NCBI GenBank assembly: GCA_965222375.1
Contig: CBDCTZ010000015.1
Coordinates: 192,001 to 256,000, forward strand
Direction of reading: 5' to 3'
DNA: 64,000 bases
From: Polyangiaceae bacterium
GTDB taxonomy: Bacteria > Myxococcota_A > Polyangia > Polyangiales > Polyangiaceae
Positions 1 through 10,343 of the stretch are shown here, in pieces. A model generated the notes under the pieces. That model did no database searches, was not told where the DNA came from, and saw only the letters and a list, made by a program, of their open reading frames with translations. Position 1 is the stretch's first letter, and each line of letters starts with the position of its first letter. The translations under genes and the position numbers were made by a program.

Positions 1-1
1 G

Positions 2-472
2 CGCGATCTCACCCATTGGGCTCGCAGGCGGGGGCATTACAAGGTCGGGCTCATGGGCATGAGCCTGGGCGGTTACACGACCGCCCTCGCCGCCACGTTG
101 GATTCAGAGCTCGAGTTCGCTATTCCGATCATTCCGCTCGCATCGGTTGCCGACTTCGCCCGGGACCAAGGTCGCTTGGGCAACAGCGCTGCCCAGACAG
201 CGCTCGAACACAAGGCGCTCAAGACCGTGCACCGCATCGTGAGCCCGCTTCAGCGCGAGCCCGCCATCGACGGCAAGCGCGTTCTCGTGATCGGGGCGAA
301 AGCCGACCGCATCACTCCCGTGGAACATGCCCGACGGCTCGCTCACCACTTCAGCGCTCCCCTCGACACCTGGCACGGCGGCCACTTGCTACAAGCTGGT
401 CGCAGCGACGCTTTTCGCCGCGTTGGCCGCTTCCTGCGACAGCTCGAGGTCACGCCGCCGCGGGATCACTAG
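2..472 (+). CDS. alpha/beta hydrolase (5'-partial)
   Basis: Open from window edge; GMSLGG nucleophile elbow, ADRIT Asp and GGH His regions. Confidence 0.85.
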   Translation, partial: RDLTHWARRRGHYKVGLMGMSLGGYTTALAATLDSELEFAIPIIPLASVADFARDQGRLGNSAAQTALEHKALKTVHRIVSPLQREPAIDGKRVLVIGAKADRITPVEHARRLAHHFSAPLDTWHGGHLLQAGRSDAFRRVGRFLRQLEVTPPRDH

Positions 473-516
473 CTCCGACGAGGGCGATAGGTGCCAGAGC
501 CAACGGTGAGGACGAC

Positions 517-1437
517 GTGGACGAGGCGAACAAAGCCGGCACCAAACCAAAAGGCGAGCTCCTCGTGCTCGCGCTGCTCTGGGGCGCCCTTGCTGTCTTC
601 TTCGCATTCAGCGATCTGCAAATCTCTCGCGCCGTCGTCGACCGCGAATCGACCCTCGGCGTGCTGGCTGCCCGTTATGGCGAAATCCCTGGCCTCGCGA
701 TCATTTCGTTTGCGCTCTTCGTGCTTCACACCAACCGCAAACGTCGCTCCCTCGTCGCGGAAGTTCCCATTTGGAGCGCCACGATCGCTGTGTCGTCGGC
801 GGTGCTGTATTACGCAAGCGCGTTGTTCTACAGCCACTTGGTTGGCAGCTTCGACTGGTTCACAGCGTATGGCCGCTGGGTATGGCTAGCCTTGGCGGTG
901 GTGCTCTTTGCCCTTCACTTGACGACGCAGAGCTATCGCTTCGCCGAGCGCACGGAGCGCTTCGCCCGAATCACCGCGGCCATCGCTATCCTCAACGTGG
1001 TGCTCTTCGTCCACGTCTTCAAACCGCTCTGGGGACGTGTGCGGTTCAGGGACTTGGACACGAACTTCACGGACTTCACACCGTGGTACTTGCCCCAAGG
1101 CCTGACCGGGAACCACTCCTTCCCATCTGGTCACACCGCTTTGGGCTGGATGCTTCTGCCCATTCTCGTCTTGGCCAGGGATCTGAAACGCCCCGTGCGT
1201 GTATGCGTCGCGGCTGCTCTCATCGCATGGGGGCTCTTCGTCGCCACGGGGCGGGTCGTCGCCGGAGCCCACTACGCGTCCGACGTGCTGTTCTCGACCG
1301 GCGTCGCCTTTGCGGCCTTCGTGTTCTGGACGCGCCGATACCGATCGAAAGCCGCGCAGCCAGCCGAAGTTTCCGGCCAGGCTCGGGCCCACCCCCGTGA
1401 GAACCCCGAGCGTCGGAGCGGTGCGCCAGATACCTAG
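517..1437 (+). CDS. PAP2 family membrane phosphatase
   Basis: KPLWGRVR, SFPSGH, RVVAGAHYASDV motifs; several TM segments; GTG 517 after GAGGA (start inferred). Confidence 0.9.
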   Translation: MDEANKAGTKPKGELLVLALLWGALAVFFAFSDLQISRAVVDRESTLGVLAARYGEIPGLAIISFALFVLHTNRKRRSLVAEVPIWSATIAVSSAVLYYASALFYSHLVGSFDWFTAYGRWVWLALAVVLFALHLTTQSYRFAERTERFARITAAIAILNVVLFVHVFKPLWGRVRFRDLDTNFTDFTPWYLPQGLTGNHSFPSGHTALGWMLLPILVLARDLKRPVRVCVAAALIAWGLFVATGRVVAGAHYASDVLFSTGVAFAAFVFWTRRYRSKAAQPAEVSGQARAHPRENPERRSGAPDT

Positions 1438-1618
1438 GATTTGTTTGTTTGGGGTCGAGCACTGTGCCGCTGGGGGGCCACTATTCTCACGCTGGGCCAT
1501 GCATGCACCTGTCAGCGGAGCGCACCGGACCTAGCTCTCCCTACTTGCCAAGGCGCCTTCGCGACTGGCGAGCCTAAGTGCGCTTGCCAGTGCGTTCGTG
1601 CCGAGCGCACTCTTGGCC

Positions 1619-2185
1619 ATGCCCAGTGGTGCCCGTAACGGTAGTTTGCGCGACATCAGTGTGCCGTGTTCGGAGTGCGTCGGCGCAGTTCGCTACGGAG
1701 AGAAGCAGTGTGCGTCTTGTGGGGGTCAGCTGTCGCGGGAGTTGCGTGACGCCCTCGAAGCGCGGCTCGAGGCTTCCCACACGGAGTTCCGCGAAATGCT
1801 CGAGCACACGCGCAGTGCCGCGACAGTGCTGCTTGTCCTTGGGCTGCTGCACCTGCTGGTCGGCGTGTTCCTCTTCAGCGTCAACTACCGCGCGGACCTG
1901 ACTGGCAGCCGTGACGTGGCTCACGGCGTCGCGCACCTGGTCGTGAACTGCGGCATTGGCCTGGTCATGCTCGGCGCGTGGAAACTGGCTCGGTCCGCGC
2001 CCGCCGTGGCCATCGGCTTGGGCCTGGTGGCCTGGGTGGCCGGCCACGCCATCGGCGCGTTGATGTCGCTGCTCGCTGTCACCAACGGTTTGCTCATCAA
2101 GGCGCTCGTCCTGATGCTGCTGGTTCGCGGTGTTTTCGCCAGTGCTCGAGCCCGCGAGATCAAGAAGCACCTATTCGGCAGGTAG
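1619..2185 (+). CDS. membrane protein with N-terminal zinc ribbon
   Basis: CSEC...CASC followed by 4 hydrophobic helices; start uncertain. Confidence 0.7.
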   Translation: MPSGARNGSLRDISVPCSECVGAVRYGEKQCASCGGQLSRELRDALEARLEASHTEFREMLEHTRSAATVLLVLGLLHLLVGVFLFSVNYRADLTGSRDVAHGVAHLVVNCGIGLVMLGAWKLARSAPAVAIGLGLVAWVAGHAIGALMSLLAVTNGLLIKALVLMLLVRGVFASARAREIKKHLFGR

Positions 2186-2334
2186 CGTTGCCACTCCCCC
2201 CGCCTGCGACGAGGCAATCAGCCGGGGATGGGCAAACGGCGCTTTCTGAGGCCCAGCCCTTGACGTCCCAGGTCTTTGGATCCATTCTTAGACCAGTCGG
2301 TCGAACCGAACGGTCTCGTAGACAAAAGCCGGAA

Positions 2335-2991
2335 ATGCCACGCCCACGCTTCGAAAAGCTCGACCCAGAGCGCCGCGCCTCGATCCTCGCCGTAGCGACC
2401 GAGGAATTCGCGGAGCACGGCTTTGAAGCCGCTTCCTACAACCAGATCATTGCGCGCACGGGGCTGAGCAAGGGCGCGATCTACTACTACTTCGACGACA
2501 AAGAGGACCTGTACACGACAGTTCTGCGGGACGCCGTCGAGCGCCTGATCATGGGCAGTGGCGACATGGCCTCGGCCAAAGACGCCGAGAGTTTCTGGGC
2601 GGAGTTCGAAGCTTGGTACGTACGCTCGCTTGGGCTGTTTCAACGAGAACCGGCCAGCGTGGGGCTTGCTCGCAGCGTGGCGAAGGCGATGGCGCGAGGT
2701 GCCGCCACAGGCGCTATCGCAGAGCTTCGTCAGCTCGCGCGGGGTTGGATGGACCAGTTCATCGCTCAGGGTCAGTCCTTGAACGCGATTCGAAGCGATC
2801 TGCCTGAGGATTTGTTGGTCAATGTACTCATGGGTCTGGAAGAGAGCATTGACCTCTGGCTCGGTGAGCGCATCGGCGACATGAGCGACGAGGAAATCGC
2901 TTCCACGGCCACGATGCTGACTCAGCTATATCGACAGGTCGCTTGCCCCTCGTCCACACCCAAGCCGAAGAAGAAGAAAGCCCGGAGGTAA
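2335..2991 (+). CDS. TetR/AcrR family regulator
   Basis: ILAVATEEFAEHGF...GLSKGAIYYYFDDKEDL HTH. Confidence 0.95.
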   Translation: MPRPRFEKLDPERRASILAVATEEFAEHGFEAASYNQIIARTGLSKGAIYYYFDDKEDLYTTVLRDAVERLIMGSGDMASAKDAESFWAEFEAWYVRSLGLFQREPASVGLARSVAKAMARGAATGAIAELRQLARGWMDQFIAQGQSLNAIRSDLPEDLLVNVLMGLEESIDLWLGERIGDMSDEEIASTATMLTQLYRQVACPSSTPKPKKKKARR

Positions 2992-2993
2992 TT

Positions 2994-4346
2994 GTGCAAG
3001 AGAGCATCCTGAGTCGCTCGAAGTCCCGTCCCACCAAGCGGCCGCCTCGCGTGCGCGAACTGCCCATCGTCGGCAGTGCCAAGGGCGTATTGCAGGAACC
3101 GCTGGAGTTCCTGGAACGGATATCCAAGGAGCACGGCGACGCCGTCGAGTTTCACCTCCTGGGGCAGCGCATCTACCTGTTCAACCACCCTGACGCTATT
3201 GACGAAGTGCTGGTGAGCAAGCGAGAGCATCTGATCAAAGACAAGCTCACCCGGGAGCTGTCCCTCTTGCTTGGCAATGGCCTCCTAGTCAGTGAGGGCA
3301 GCTTCTGGCGCAAGCAGCGCCGCCTGATGCAGCCGGCTTTTCATCGAGATCGGGTCGCAGCCTACGGCGATGTGATGGTCGAATACGCCGAACGCGCCGT
3401 GGCCAGCTGGCGGGATGGAGAAGTTCGGGACGTCCAAAAAGACATGATGCGGCTGACTCTGGACGTCGTAGCGAAAACGCTTTTCGGCGTTGAGATCGCG
3501 TCGGTGGCACGAAAGATCGAATCGTCCTTGGCGATCTTGATGGACCGCTTTGCGGGTGCCATGGCAATCGTGCCCATCTACTTGCCGACTCCTGGAAACT
3601 TCCGCGCCAAGAAGGCCATCGAGGAGTTGGACGAGATCATCTACGGGATCATCCGCGAGCGCCGCCAAAGCAGGGACGGAGAGGATCTCATCTCGATGCT
3701 CATCGCCGCGACTTCCGAAGAAGACGCCGCCATGGACGATGTGCAACTGCGCGACGAAGCCATGACGCTGATGCTCGCGGGCCACGAGACCACTGCACTG
3801 GCACTCGGGTTCACGCTGCATCTGCTGGCGGAGCATCCCGCCGCGGCGGACAAACTCGTCGCCGAAGTCGAAGAGGTCCTCGGCGACCGCGCCGCGACCG
3901 CCGCGGACATGCCGAAGCTGCGTTACGCCGAAGGCGTAGTTCGCGAGGCGATGCGTCTCTACCCCCCGGCCTGGGCCATCGGTCGCGAGGCGGTGACCCC
4001 TTGCAATATCGGCGGCTACGACATCGAGCGCGGCACGCAGCTCTGGGCTGCGCAGTGGGTCGTGCACCGAGACCCCCGCTGGTTTCCCGAGCCACAGCTG
4101 TTCCGCCCCGAGCGCTGGGACGGCGACTTCGCCAAGTCCCTTCCGCGGCACGCCTACTTCCCCTTCGGTGGCGGCCCGCGGATCTGCATCGGCAACGCCT
4201 TTGCGATGATGGAAGCGGTCCTCATCTTGGTCACGATCGCCCGGCGTTTCCGCGTGGCCCGAACGGATGACCTGCCCCTCGAGCTCTCCCCCTCGGTAAC
4301 GCTTCGGCCTAGGAACGGGGTTCCACTCATCTGCAGCGCGCGCTAG
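2994..4346 (+). CDS. cytochrome P450
   Basis: AGHETT I-helix, EAMR (ExxR), FRPERW, FGGGPRICIG heme motif; GTG 2 nt after TetR stop. Confidence 0.97.
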   Translation: MQESILSRSKSRPTKRPPRVRELPIVGSAKGVLQEPLEFLERISKEHGDAVEFHLLGQRIYLFNHPDAIDEVLVSKREHLIKDKLTRELSLLLGNGLLVSEGSFWRKQRRLMQPAFHRDRVAAYGDVMVEYAERAVASWRDGEVRDVQKDMMRLTLDVVAKTLFGVEIASVARKIESSLAILMDRFAGAMAIVPIYLPTPGNFRAKKAIEELDEIIYGIIRERRQSRDGEDLISMLIAATSEEDAAMDDVQLRDEAMTLMLAGHETTALALGFTLHLLAEHPAAADKLVAEVEEVLGDRAATAADMPKLRYAEGVVREAMRLYPPAWAIGREAVTPCNIGGYDIERGTQLWAAQWVVHRDPRWFPEPQLFRPERWDGDFAKSLPRHAYFPFGGGPRICIGNAFAMMEAVLILVTIARRFRVARTDDLPLELSPSVTLRPRNGVPLICSAR

Positions 4347-4428
4347 CGGTTGGCTGCGGGAGCTCTGCACTAGGCGGGCCAAGCGCGGCACGTTCCGCCC
4401 GCGAAGCCGTGGTGCTAGGCTCCGAGCA

Positions 4429-5322
4429 ATGGCCGCCCCGCCGCCCCGCAAGCAGCCCCCCCCCGCCAAGTCGACTGCCGCCAAGACCGCAGGGTCGAGC
4501 TTGGGTGCGCGCAAACCGCCACCGCGATCGCCCTTAGGCGGCGCGGGAACCTCCGGGGCCAAACCCATGGATGCGCATGCAGTGAGAATGATCGCTCGCG
4601 ACGTCGTCAGCGCGTCTGTTGGATCACTGCAAGGCGAAGTCGCCGAAGTCTACGCTCAGCTCGCCAAGGTCGAAAAGCGTCTCGAGGAGCTCGACGGACG
4701 CGCCCTCGAGGCGCAACGCGGGCCCACGGAAGACAGCGCCGTGACAGCGCGACTCGACAAGATCGAGGCACAGCTCTACGGGCTTCAACAGCTGGCCGCC
4801 AAGGCAGCCGCACAGCCGGCCCTCGCGCCGCAGCCAGCTCCAGCCGCGCCGCAGCCAAGCCCCGCGCCCACAGTAGTCGCATCAGCACCAGCGAGCCCGG
4901 CTACATCCGCGCCCGCGCCCACGCCGACACCAGCTCCGGCAGTAGTCACATCCGCGCCCACGCCGACACCAGCTCCGGCAGTAGTCACATCCGCGCCCAC
5001 GCCGACACCAGCTCCGGCAGTAGTCACATCCGCGCCCACGCCGACGCCAGCTCCAGCCGCCGCCGCTCCGGTCGCCGCCACCCCGTCGCCCGCGCCCCTT
5101 GCCGCTGCCGCTGCAGCCCCAGCTCCCCTTGCGCCCGCACCGAGCTTCACGCCGCCGCCACGCGACATCGAGGTCGACCTCACTGATCTCTCTGACTTGC
5201 CGTTCACCAGTGGCGCACAGCGCAAGCGCCGAGTCTTCGTCGGCGTATTGATCGTATTGCTCGGCCTGGTCGCCTACTTCATCGTGTTCGCGGTCATGAG
5301 CCAGTCCAATCATCAGGTCTGA
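4429..5322 (+). CDS. Pro/Ala-rich protein with coiled coil and C-terminal TM helix
   Basis: Heptad-like segment, P/A/T linker, RKRR plus hydrophobic tail. Confidence 0.75.
   Translation: MAAPPPRKQPPPAKSTAAKTAGSSLGARKPPPRSPLGGAGTSGAKPMDAHAVRMIARDVVSASVGSLQGEVAEVYAQLAKVEKRLEELDGRALEAQRGPTEDSAVTARLDKIEAQLYGLQQLAAKAAAQPALAPQPAPAAPQPSPAPTVVASAPASPATSAPAPTPTPAPAVVTSAPTPTPAPAVVTSAPTPTPAPAVVTSAPTPTPAPAAAAPVAATPSPAPLAAAAAAPAPLAPAPSFTPPPRDIEVDLTDLSDLPFTSGAQRKRRVFVGVLIVLLGLVAYFIVFAVMSQSNHQV
4915..5058 (+). repeat. 39-bp coding tandem repeat (TSAPTPTPAPAVV), about 3.5 copies
   Basis: acatccgcgcccacgccgacaccagctccggcagtagtc repeated near-perfectly. Confidence 0.9.
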
Positions 5323-5436
5323 CGACTAGCGCCGGGCTGAAAGCCACAGGCGTGCGACGTCCGCAACACGGGACGTCTTGGCGGCGCCGCAAGGCCATTC
5401 CTGCATCCTATCTCACTCGAAGCGACTGCCTGGCGT

Positions 5437-6078
5437 TCAGTCGTTTTCGTCGGAAGGCGGACAACGCAGCAGGTCCGCCGACTTCCACCCCTCGGGCGTC
5501 AGAACGCAGTCGTCGAGCCGAAAGGTATAGCGACGGTGACTACTCTGAACCACGACTTCAATGTCGTCGATGGTCTCGACAGGAGCGCCGCAGTCTTTGG
5601 GGCCCTCTTTTTCGACGGGCTTGGGTTTCACCTCCACGATGTGCGCAGCCGAGAAGTCGAAGGCGATTCGACATTTGTGAATCCGCTTTTGCCATCGCTT
5701 TCGCAGCTCTCCGCCGAACTGCGCCAGGATCTTCTCCCACTTGGGCGCCCCGGATCCTGCGTTCGGGCAGAGTGCCTTCACATCCTCGGTGCTGACCAGC
5801 AGCTGGTTCGCGGAGTCGATGTCGCCGCTGCGCAGCACCTCGAGCATCGCCGCCGCGAGCGCTTCAGGTGTCGACAGATCGCCGCGCGCATTCGTTTCTG
5901 ACACCATGACCGGCGGCGCCGTATCATCCTGCGAAACATCCTCGGGCGGCGCGTCGACACTCACCGCCGGCGCGGGCCGGGGCGCTGGGGCTGATGGGGG
6001 CGCGCTACCACAAGCGCCTAGAGCCAGTGGACACACCGCGAACGCGACGTAGCTACGCGAGGGGTTTGGACGACTCAT
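5437..6078 (-). CDS. hypothetical lipoprotein
   Basis: LALGAC lipobox, Pro-rich linker, Cys-containing domain. Confidence 0.7.
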   Translation of the reverse strand: MSRPNPSRSYVAFAVCPLALGACGSAPPSAPAPRPAPAVSVDAPPEDVSQDDTAPPVMVSETNARGDLSTPEALAAAMLEVLRSGDIDSANQLLVSTEDVKALCPNAGSGAPKWEKILAQFGGELRKRWQKRIHKCRIAFDFSAAHIVEVKPKPVEKEGPKDCGAPVETIDDIEVVVQSSHRRYTFRLDDCVLTPEGWKSADLLRCPPSDEND

Positions 6079-6345
6079 GACCGGCAGTGTAACCGGTCGC
6101 GAAACCCCGCGCGGGCACTCTCGCCGCCACTGGCTAGGCCCAGCGACAAGACGGGTCCGCACGCGCCCACCAGGGAGCGACAAAGTCGCCCCCCAATAAC
6201 CCAATGCACTTCGGACGGTGCGGCTCGTTCCAAAGTCTAGCACGCGGCGCCGCGCCCGCGGCAAGCGGAACCGCAAACCGCGGGGAGCCGCCTCCACTCT
6301 CGGGGTGGCTTGCGTGATACACTTCACGGGAGCTGGAGGACGGAT

Positions 6346-7899
6346 ATGCGAACTTTGCTTCGAGCGGGGTTGTTGAGTTTTGTTGCGCTTTCACTGAGCG
6401 CATGCGGATCCGACGACGACAGTAGCGGCGGCCCATCGTCGGGAGGCAGCAGCGGAAGCGGGGGCGCTGGCGGAAGCGGGGGTGCAGCAACCGGCGGCAA
6501 CGGCGGCACAGCAACGGGAGGCGGCGCGGGCACGGCAAGTGGTGGCAGCGCGGGAAGCGGAGGCGGCAGTGGTGGATCGAGCGGCAGCGCCGGCACCGGT
6601 GGCGCGGGCGGCACGCCGGGTGCTTGTGGCGACATCACGACCTTCGAGACGGGCAAGGCGCCGACCAAGGAGATCCACGTCAGCACATCGGGCAACAACA
6701 ACAACGACGGCTCGGCGGCCAACCCCGTGAAAACCGTGCAGAAGGCGGCTCAGCTGGCGACGCCGGGCACCGCGATCCGAATCCACGCGGGGACCTATCC
6801 GGGTGGTGAGTTCATTTCGGGGCTCTCGGGAACCGCGGCGGCACCCATCTGGATTGGAGGCGCGCCGGGAGAAGCGCGTCCGGTGTTCGATGGCAGCTCC
6901 CAAGCGATGCACCTGACGAAAGTTCGGTACGTGATCGTGCACGACATCGAGGTCCAGAACTCGACTGCCAATGGCATCAACTGCGACGACGGTACCGAAT
7001 ACGCAAACCCCGACGCGACACGGTTCGTCGTGTTTCGAAACCTCGGCATCCAGAACATCGGTGGCAGCGGCAACCAGGACTGCTTGAAGCTATCTGGGCT
7101 GGACGACTTCTGGGTCTTGGACTCGAATTTCGCGCGCTGCGGTGGCGGCACCTCCGGCAGCGGCATCGACCACGTGGGCTGCCACAAGGGGCTCATCGCG
7201 CGCTCGAAGTTCACTCAGATGAGCGGGAATGGGGTGCAATGCAAAGGCGGCAGTGAGGACATCGAGATCCGCTGGAACCAGTTCAACGGGGGCGGCCAGC
7301 GCGCCGTCAACATGGGCGGCTCCACCGGTGATCAGTTCTTCCGTCCTCCCCTTTCCACTTCAGGCACGAACTTCGAAGCCAAGAACATTCGCGTGATCGC
7401 CAACGTGTTCAACGGGGGCGTCACCGCCTTGGCTTACGTCGGTTGCGTCGACTGCCTGGCGGCGAACAACACCATCTTCGAGCCCGAGAAGTGGTTGTTC
7501 CGGATCCTGCAAGAAAAGACCACCGGGGGCGGCCACACCTTCGCGGAGGTGCAGAACGGCCGCTTCGCAAACAACCTGGTGTATTTCAAGCGCAGCGCGA
7601 TTTCGACCTACGTCAACATCGGCCCCAACACTCAGGCCAGCACGTTCAAATTCGACACCAACCTCTGGTACGCCCACGACAATCCGGGGCAGTCGAATCC
7701 AACCAACTTGCCAGCCACGGAAACCGGCGGCATCGCGGGGCAAGATCCGCAGCTGGCGAATGTGGGCGCTGCCGACTATTCGATTCCCACTACGAGCCCC
7801 GCTGCGGGTAAAGGCACCGCTGTCAGCGTAGTCAAAGGCGACATCACGGGCGCTTGCTATGCGACACCGCCGAGCATTGGCGCGTACGAGGCCAAGTGA
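6346..7899 (+). CDS. lipoprotein with right-handed beta-helix (pectin lyase-like) domain
   Basis: LSAC lipobox, Gly/Ser linker, HVSTSGNNNNDGSAANPVKT...IHAGTY start, beta-helix repeats, PSIGAYE end; GGAGGA RBS. Confidence 0.85.
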   Translation: MRTLLRAGLLSFVALSLSACGSDDDSSGGPSSGGSSGSGGAGGSGGAATGGNGGTATGGGAGTASGGSAGSGGGSGGSSGSAGTGGAGGTPGACGDITTFETGKAPTKEIHVSTSGNNNNDGSAANPVKTVQKAAQLATPGTAIRIHAGTYPGGEFISGLSGTAAAPIWIGGAPGEARPVFDGSSQAMHLTKVRYVIVHDIEVQNSTANGINCDDGTEYANPDATRFVVFRNLGIQNIGGSGNQDCLKLSGLDDFWVLDSNFARCGGGTSGSGIDHVGCHKGLIARSKFTQMSGNGVQCKGGSEDIEIRWNQFNGGGQRAVNMGGSTGDQFFRPPLSTSGTNFEAKNIRVIANVFNGGVTALAYVGCVDCLAANNTIFEPEKWLFRILQEKTTGGGHTFAEVQNGRFANNLVYFKRSAISTYVNIGPNTQASTFKFDTNLWYAHDNPGQSNPTNLPATETGGIAGQDPQLANVGAADYSIPTTSPAAGKGTAVSVVKGDITGACYATPPSIGAYEAK

Positions 7900-7946
7900 G
7901 GGCCTCCAAGTGTGGTCCGGCCGGGAGCCGTGTTAGACCGGCACTC

Positions 7947-8351
7947 ATGAAAGCGTTGCTTTGGGTGAGTGCGGCATCGATGCTCTTGGGTGCGGGCGCC
8001 GCGTGCAGTTCGGACGACGACGGCGGCTCCGGGGGCAGCACGGGAACCGGCGGGGCCGCGAGCGGGGGGACGGCTGGCACAGGTGGCGGAGGAGGAACGG
8101 CTACCGGCGGCGGCGCAGGTACCGCAAGCGGAGGCAGTGCGGGTGGTGGCGCGTGCAAAACAGCGGGGCAGCCGTGTGCTCCACCGGATTACTGCAATGC
8201 GTGGACCTGTCAATGCAACAACAGCAGTACGGACTTCAACACCGTGGGGGGCTGCAAAAACGGCAGCTGCCAGACCGGTGCTCAAGCTTGTGAAACCATT
8301 TGCGCCAATGTGGGCGGGGTCAAGACCGCCATCGATGGCGGCTGTTTCTGA
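7947..8351 (+). CDS. small Cys-rich lipoprotein
   Basis: GAAC lipobox, Gly linker, 10-Cys C-terminal domain. Confidence 0.8.
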   Translation: MKALLWVSAASMLLGAGAACSSDDDGGSGGSTGTGGAASGGTAGTGGGGGTATGGGAGTASGGSAGGGACKTAGQPCAPPDYCNAWTCQCNNSSTDFNTVGGCKNGSCQTGAQACETICANVGGVKTAIDGGCF

Positions 8352-8517
8352 TCTCGAGGCGCCACAGCTCCAGAAACGCAGCCGCGAAACCCGCGAAACG
8401 AAGACATGCTCGCCCTGGCCCGAGGCGCCACGCCGGTGGTTGCCAAGCTGTGGCCCCGGCGGCGACTGCTGCTGACGCGCGAGCAAGGGGCCGTCGATCG
8501 CCACGTTTTTCGCTGGG

Positions 8518-9453
8518 CTAGCGGCACATCAGAACACTCTGGTTGCCGCCACCCGGGCTGCAACTGCCCACGCGCACGACGCCGGTGAGCTCGATCTCAA
8601 ACCCGCCGGCTGCCGGTGAGGAGTATTTTGACGGACCCGTCACACAGAATGCGGCGGCCCCCAGCGGGCTTTCGGGATAGGTAAAGAAGATGGCGTGTTC
8701 GACGACACCACTGGTCGCAGGTGGCGTGGCTGTGTCGGTAAAAGCACGTACTGTGAACTGATTTGCTCTCAGCTGAACGTAGGAATGCGGTACGGTGCTG
8801 CTCCCCGTGAAAGCGGACAGCCCCGCACCGTCGAGGGTCTTGCCTTCCAAAGTGCCGACCACCTTCTGCGGGCAGGTATTGCACAGCGTAACGGTCTCGC
8901 CGCCGCCCGCAGCCGGGCACTTGGGTAACAATTCAGCGGATGCTGTCTCGATGAAACGTGAGTTGGTATCCGACGCGTCAAACACGCTGCCACCTACGCA
9001 GAGCGCTCTCCCAAAGAGCGCGCTCTCCTTCGGCGGGAACACGATCCCGAAGTCCAGTGGATAGGTGCCTGCGGTCAAGTTGAGAGGGTCCCCTGGCGTA
9101 GTTGCCCGGAACTCCTCGTAACCGCGTGTCTTGTACTCCCAAGCAACGTGGAATGGGTTGGTGTTTGGTGCACCGATGGCTTGGATCTCCCAAGACTCGG
9201 TGAGAAGAGCACCCTCAACAGTCCCGTGTAGCGTCGCCCAGTTCACCGTGGCGCAGGTCGGCTTTCCAGCGTCTGAGCCACCGCTGCCACCTGCGCCACC
9301 GGAACCGCCCGCGCCACCACTCCCACCAGCGCCGCCCCCGCCCGCAGCGTCCACTCCGGCATCGTTGCCGCCGCTTCCTCCAGCCCCATTATCATCCGAG
9401 CCGCAAGCCGCCAGCATCCACGCCAAACCAACCACAACTCCAGCCCGTTTCAT
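8518..9453 (-). CDS. hypothetical lipoprotein (Gly linker)
   Basis: MKR...LAAC lipobox. Confidence 0.8.
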   Translation of the reverse strand: MKRAGVVVGLAWMLAACGSDDNGAGGSGGNDAGVDAAGGGGAGGSGGAGGSGGAGGSGGSDAGKPTCATVNWATLHGTVEGALLTESWEIQAIGAPNTNPFHVAWEYKTRGYEEFRATTPGDPLNLTAGTYPLDFGIVFPPKESALFGRALCVGGSVFDASDTNSRFIETASAELLPKCPAAGGGETVTLCNTCPQKVVGTLEGKTLDGAGLSAFTGSSTVPHSYVQLRANQFTVRAFTDTATPPATSGVVEHAIFFTYPESPLGAAAFCVTGPSKYSSPAAGGFEIELTGVVRVGSCSPGGGNQSVLMCR

Positions 9454-9647
9454 TCCAAGATCCTAGGTGCAGCTTGGTAGCGTGGCAATCCGCAGTCGCA
9501 TCCCCTGCCCCGAACCACTACGACCTTCCGCGAGATTGGCGCTCCCGCGCCTCGCTATCTCCGCGGCCCGAACCAAGAAACAGACGGTCCGCGCTGTGGA
9601 TCCGCGAGCGTGTTGCCGCCCTCTCGGCATGGTGGAAGTATGTGCCA

Positions 9648-10343
9648 ATGCGGACACTGGCTATCGACATCGGAGGCACCGGCATCAAGATGCTGCCCAT
9701 CGATGCCGAGGGGAAAGCGCTGACGGAGCGGCAGCGTGAGTTGACGCCTCAGCCCGCGACGCCGAAGTCGGTCATGGGGGTCATCGCCAAGATGGTTTCC
9801 GCACAGCAGCCTTTTGACCGAGTTTCGGTGGGCTTCCCCGGCGTGGTTCAGCACGGCATCGTCAAGACCGCGCCCAACCTCGGCAGCGCAGCGTGGGAGA
9901 ACTTCAACCTGGCGCACGCCATCGCCGAGACCACGGATCGGCCGGTGCGGGTCTTCAATGACGCCGAGCTTCAGGGCTATGGAGTCATTCGAGGCATCGG
10001 CGTCGAGATCGTGCTGACGCTGGGCACAGGGCTGGGGACGGCGCTCTACGTCAACGGGCACTTGGTGCCCAACCTGGAGCTGGGTCACCATCCGCTGCGC
10101 AAGGGCAAGACCTACGAAGAGCTGGTGGGGAACGCGGAAATGAAGCGCGTCGGCAAGAAGGAATGGCGCAAGCGGGTCAACTTCATCATCGCGACCCTGG
10201 AGCGGATCTTCAACTACGACACGCTGCACATCGGCGGAGGCAACGCGAAGAAACTCAAGGGCCCCTTCGCGGACAACGTGCACTTGTTCCTGAACGTTCA
10301 AGGTTTGGCAGGCGGGATCCGCCCCTGGCAAGACGATTTGTGA
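9648..10343 (+). CDS. ppgK: ROK family polyphosphate glucokinase
   Basis: AIDIGGTGIK, VGFPG, NDA, TLGTGLG, PNLELGH, IGGGN. Confidence 0.85.
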   Translation: MRTLAIDIGGTGIKMLPIDAEGKALTERQRELTPQPATPKSVMGVIAKMVSAQQPFDRVSVGFPGVVQHGIVKTAPNLGSAAWENFNLAHAIAETTDRPVRVFNDAELQGYGVIRGIGVEIVLTLGTGLGTALYVNGHLVPNLELGHHPLRKGKTYEELVGNAEMKRVGKKEWRKRVNFIIATLERIFNYDTLHIGGGNAKKLKGPFADNVHLFLNVQGLAGGIRPWQDDL

